In this document: positions 61,840-64,000 of the stretch, in pieces
Numbering within the stretch: the stretch's first letter is position 1
Layout of the letters: each line of letters begins with the position of its first letter
From: Azolla caroliniana
Lineage: Eukaryota > Plantae > Polypodiophyta
DNA length: 64,000 nt
NCBI GenBank assembly: GCA_043228905.1
Contig: JBHGNT010000022.1
Coordinates: forward strand, 1,302,001-1,366,000
Reading direction: 5' to 3'
Program-made: the position numbers and the translations under genes
The notes under the pieces: generated by a model
Seen by the model: only the letters and a program-made list of their open reading frames with translations
The model's database searches: none
What the model was told of the DNA's origin: nothing

Positions 61840-63214
61840 AGGAGTGATCATGAATGTATATTTGGCTATTAAGTGTAACTACATTCCGCTTGTAACAAAT
61901 CGAGTAATATAAAATCATGTGTTTTGAATTCTTATGATTTCCCAAAAATCGTTTCTTATAAAATAACATTGGTTGTAAAGTTTGTGATATAAATTTAGAA
62001 TGTATGTTTTTGAAATTCGTCTTTTTTTAGTTACTTCTAAATCACGAAAATAGTGGATTTTTAACCTTTTTCATAGTATGTTTGAACTTGTATGATACTG
62101 GTATCAATGTGTTTTGTAAAATCATTGAAAAACCCCTAAAATTTCCCTTCTCCTTCCATTTATGCGCGATCCTTCCACTTGTGAACGCGAACGTGTTCCA
62201 ACGGGACAAACATAGTTCAATCTTCTTCTTGGTAACTCACCACACATCGAAGATATTGCTCTAGTACTTGATTGACGCGTTCCGTCTGCCCGTCTGTTTG
62301 TGTGTGAAATGTTGTTGATAACTTGGTGATGGTGTCAAGAATATGGAAGAGACTTTTCCAAAAATGGGAAATAAATGGGGCACCACTATTAGAGACGATG
62401 TCATCAGGCAACCCATGGAGGCACACAACATTCGCCAAGATTAGATTCTCTTTTTCTAAGCCTGAGATGGCTTTGAACATGGTATAAAATGCACTATTTT
62501 GGTAAATCAGTCCACGACTACCAAGATGGAGTCGTGTCCAGAGAGTGGCAAGTCGGTCATGAAGTCCATAGAAATGGATGAACACGGCCGATCCGGTAGT
62601 GGGAGAGGTTGAAGCAGTGCATATGGGTGATGATGGGCTATTTTAGATTGAGCACAAATGTCACAAGTCTTCATGAAGTATTTCACTAGCTTCCACATCT
62701 GGGGCCACCAATAGGTCTGAGAGCTCTAAAGTTTTGGCGACTCCAAAATGGCATGCAAGTGAACCATCGTGGCATTAATGTAGAATGCGAACTCGTCACG
62801 GCCCTTCTAGGAAATAGACTAGATTGTTCCTCGGAAGTACCCCATGTTGAAAGGAGAATTTTTCAAGGTCATCTCGTTGTGATCGATGAGTTGGGTCCTC
62901 AAAACATGCTTTGATTTCTTGAGCAAAGTGATCTGTTGCAATGGCTATGGTGATGCTAGCAAGGAGGGTCTCATCTTGGAGGACATAGGTTGCGAAGATT
63001 TGAACTTGATTAGGCGTCAAAAGACATTGGGATTGTTGATCATATGCCTTATCCCTGGGGCCGGGTGCTAGCTTTGGCCGCCTAGAAAGAATATCGTCTT
63101 TGTTATGTTGGTATCCTGGACAAAACACGGCTTTGAAGTCATAGTCGGCAAGGAAAATTGACCATGGAGCTTGTCGACGATTCAAGGTGCGGGTAGTCTT
63201 GTTCTGTTGCTTAT

Positions 63215-64000
63215 TGTCAAAGTAAACGTGCGGAAGCGTTCCACAAACTGGCTCAGCCGGATAGCAACAGAAGATAAGAAGAAAACTTAACACACATAGA
63301 GAGTACGCGCGGGAGAGATAGATAGAGAGAGAGACAAAACATAAACTCTATTAAAAAATACTCTAAAACTCTATGTACATAGAATGTGCTCAGAGAGCAC
63401 TTTTATACAAGTCCATAAAGGATTGATAGAAGTACTGATAGGTACTTCAATGCTCATACAAGCGACTGTCATTGACTTCCTAAAAATATGCCTATGTACT
63501 AGGCTGGATCTGTAGGCCTCTAACGGCCTACCGGTTTCAATTTGATCCGGCTCCTGGTTTCGGATATCATCCAGACACTGATCCAGTTCTCCGTTCCGGA
63601 TACCGATCTGGCTCTGGCTTATTCAACCGATCTGGATCCGGTTGAGCTTGCTCGCTCAACACTCCCCCTCAAGCTCAACTTGAGGTCGGATCGTGGTGTC
63701 AGTTTTTGTAGTAGCCGGTCCTTCCATCCGGCTCCTTCTGGCATTGTTCCACCTTGCTCGCGCTCCTCGTCTAGTCCGGTCCCATTTGCCACAACCCTTC
63801 TGGTTCTGCGCAGCTCGACCTCCTCGGTTGGCTTGTTTTCTCAACAGGCCCATTTCAGCTCCCTCGCTGCTACGATTCCGACGCTTGTCGACCCGTCGGC
63901 TCCTCCGTGTTTGCGTCGACTTCCGTTGCATTCGTGTCCGCTTGGCCTTCTTCCGGTCAGCTCTGTCCTTCTTGACTCTGCTACTGCTGCCGTTTGCTTC
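63215..64000 (-). mobile_element. 3' end of copia 'G' (B/F family): 3' LTR 63215-63661 plus post-RNase H extension; runs off the window
   Basis: LTR similar to the B and F LTRs (..CCGGTTGAGCTTGCTCGCTCAACA), PPT AGGGGGAG, and ORF ..IRPQVELEGEC as in B. Confidence 0.85.

Larger units (their letters stand above)
53079..62197. mobile_element. 9.1-kb TIR DNA transposon, Sola1/DUF7869-like, carrying a ParB-methyltransferase gene
   Basis: 36-bp TIRs AACACGTTCGCGTTCACAAGTGGAAGGATYGCRCAT (53079-53114 and 62162-62197; 2 mismatches). 4-bp TSD CCAA. Removing the element restores the gypsy H integrase frame (..FVPLVEFSYN..). Confidence 0.93.
52166..63199 (-). mobile_element. 3' part of a second chromovirus-type gypsy 'H' (RNase H end, integrase, chromodomain, 3' LTR), interrupted by the DNA transposon
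   Basis: 3' LTR ~52166-52385 (TGTCGCGG start on the minus strand) preceded by PPT AGGGGGGATAA. Chromodomain NEYEVEKILDSK..YYFVRWKGY; integrase SMDFMTDLP..QTDGQTERVNQ; TTRTLNRRQ. Confidence 0.85.

Noticed and set aside
53079-62197. Bacterial contamination as the source of the methyltransferase
   Set aside because: The gene has spliceosomal introns and a TATA box, and lies within TIRs and a TSD inside a plant retroelement.

Overview
Eukaryotic plant DNA, most likely a non-seed vascular plant such as a fern (inferred from the Tcn1/Tf1-like chromoviruses, the Penelope-like element and the gene style). The first ~13 kb holds two spliced host genes: a small secreted Cys-rich protein (DUF7866-like, +) and a Wali7/TSJT1/AILP1-like DUF3700 gene (-). 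From ~16.4 kb onward the window is a nest of transposons. A chromovirus-type gypsy element (16427-49562) contains four copia elements (one intact and very young), a miniature gypsy derivative and a Penelope-like element with a hammerhead motif; further copia and gypsy pieces follow. The standout is a 9.1-kb DNA transposon (53079-62197) with 36-bp TIRs and a 4-bp CCAA TSD. It encodes a Sola1/DUF7869-like DDD transposase and, divergently, a six-exon gene for a ParB-like domain fused to a bacterial/phage-type beta-class amino-DNA-methyltransferase. The first intron of that gene holds eight CpG-rich palindromes, a candidate parS-like array. All alignments, splice models and motif calls were made by eye; no database searches were run.
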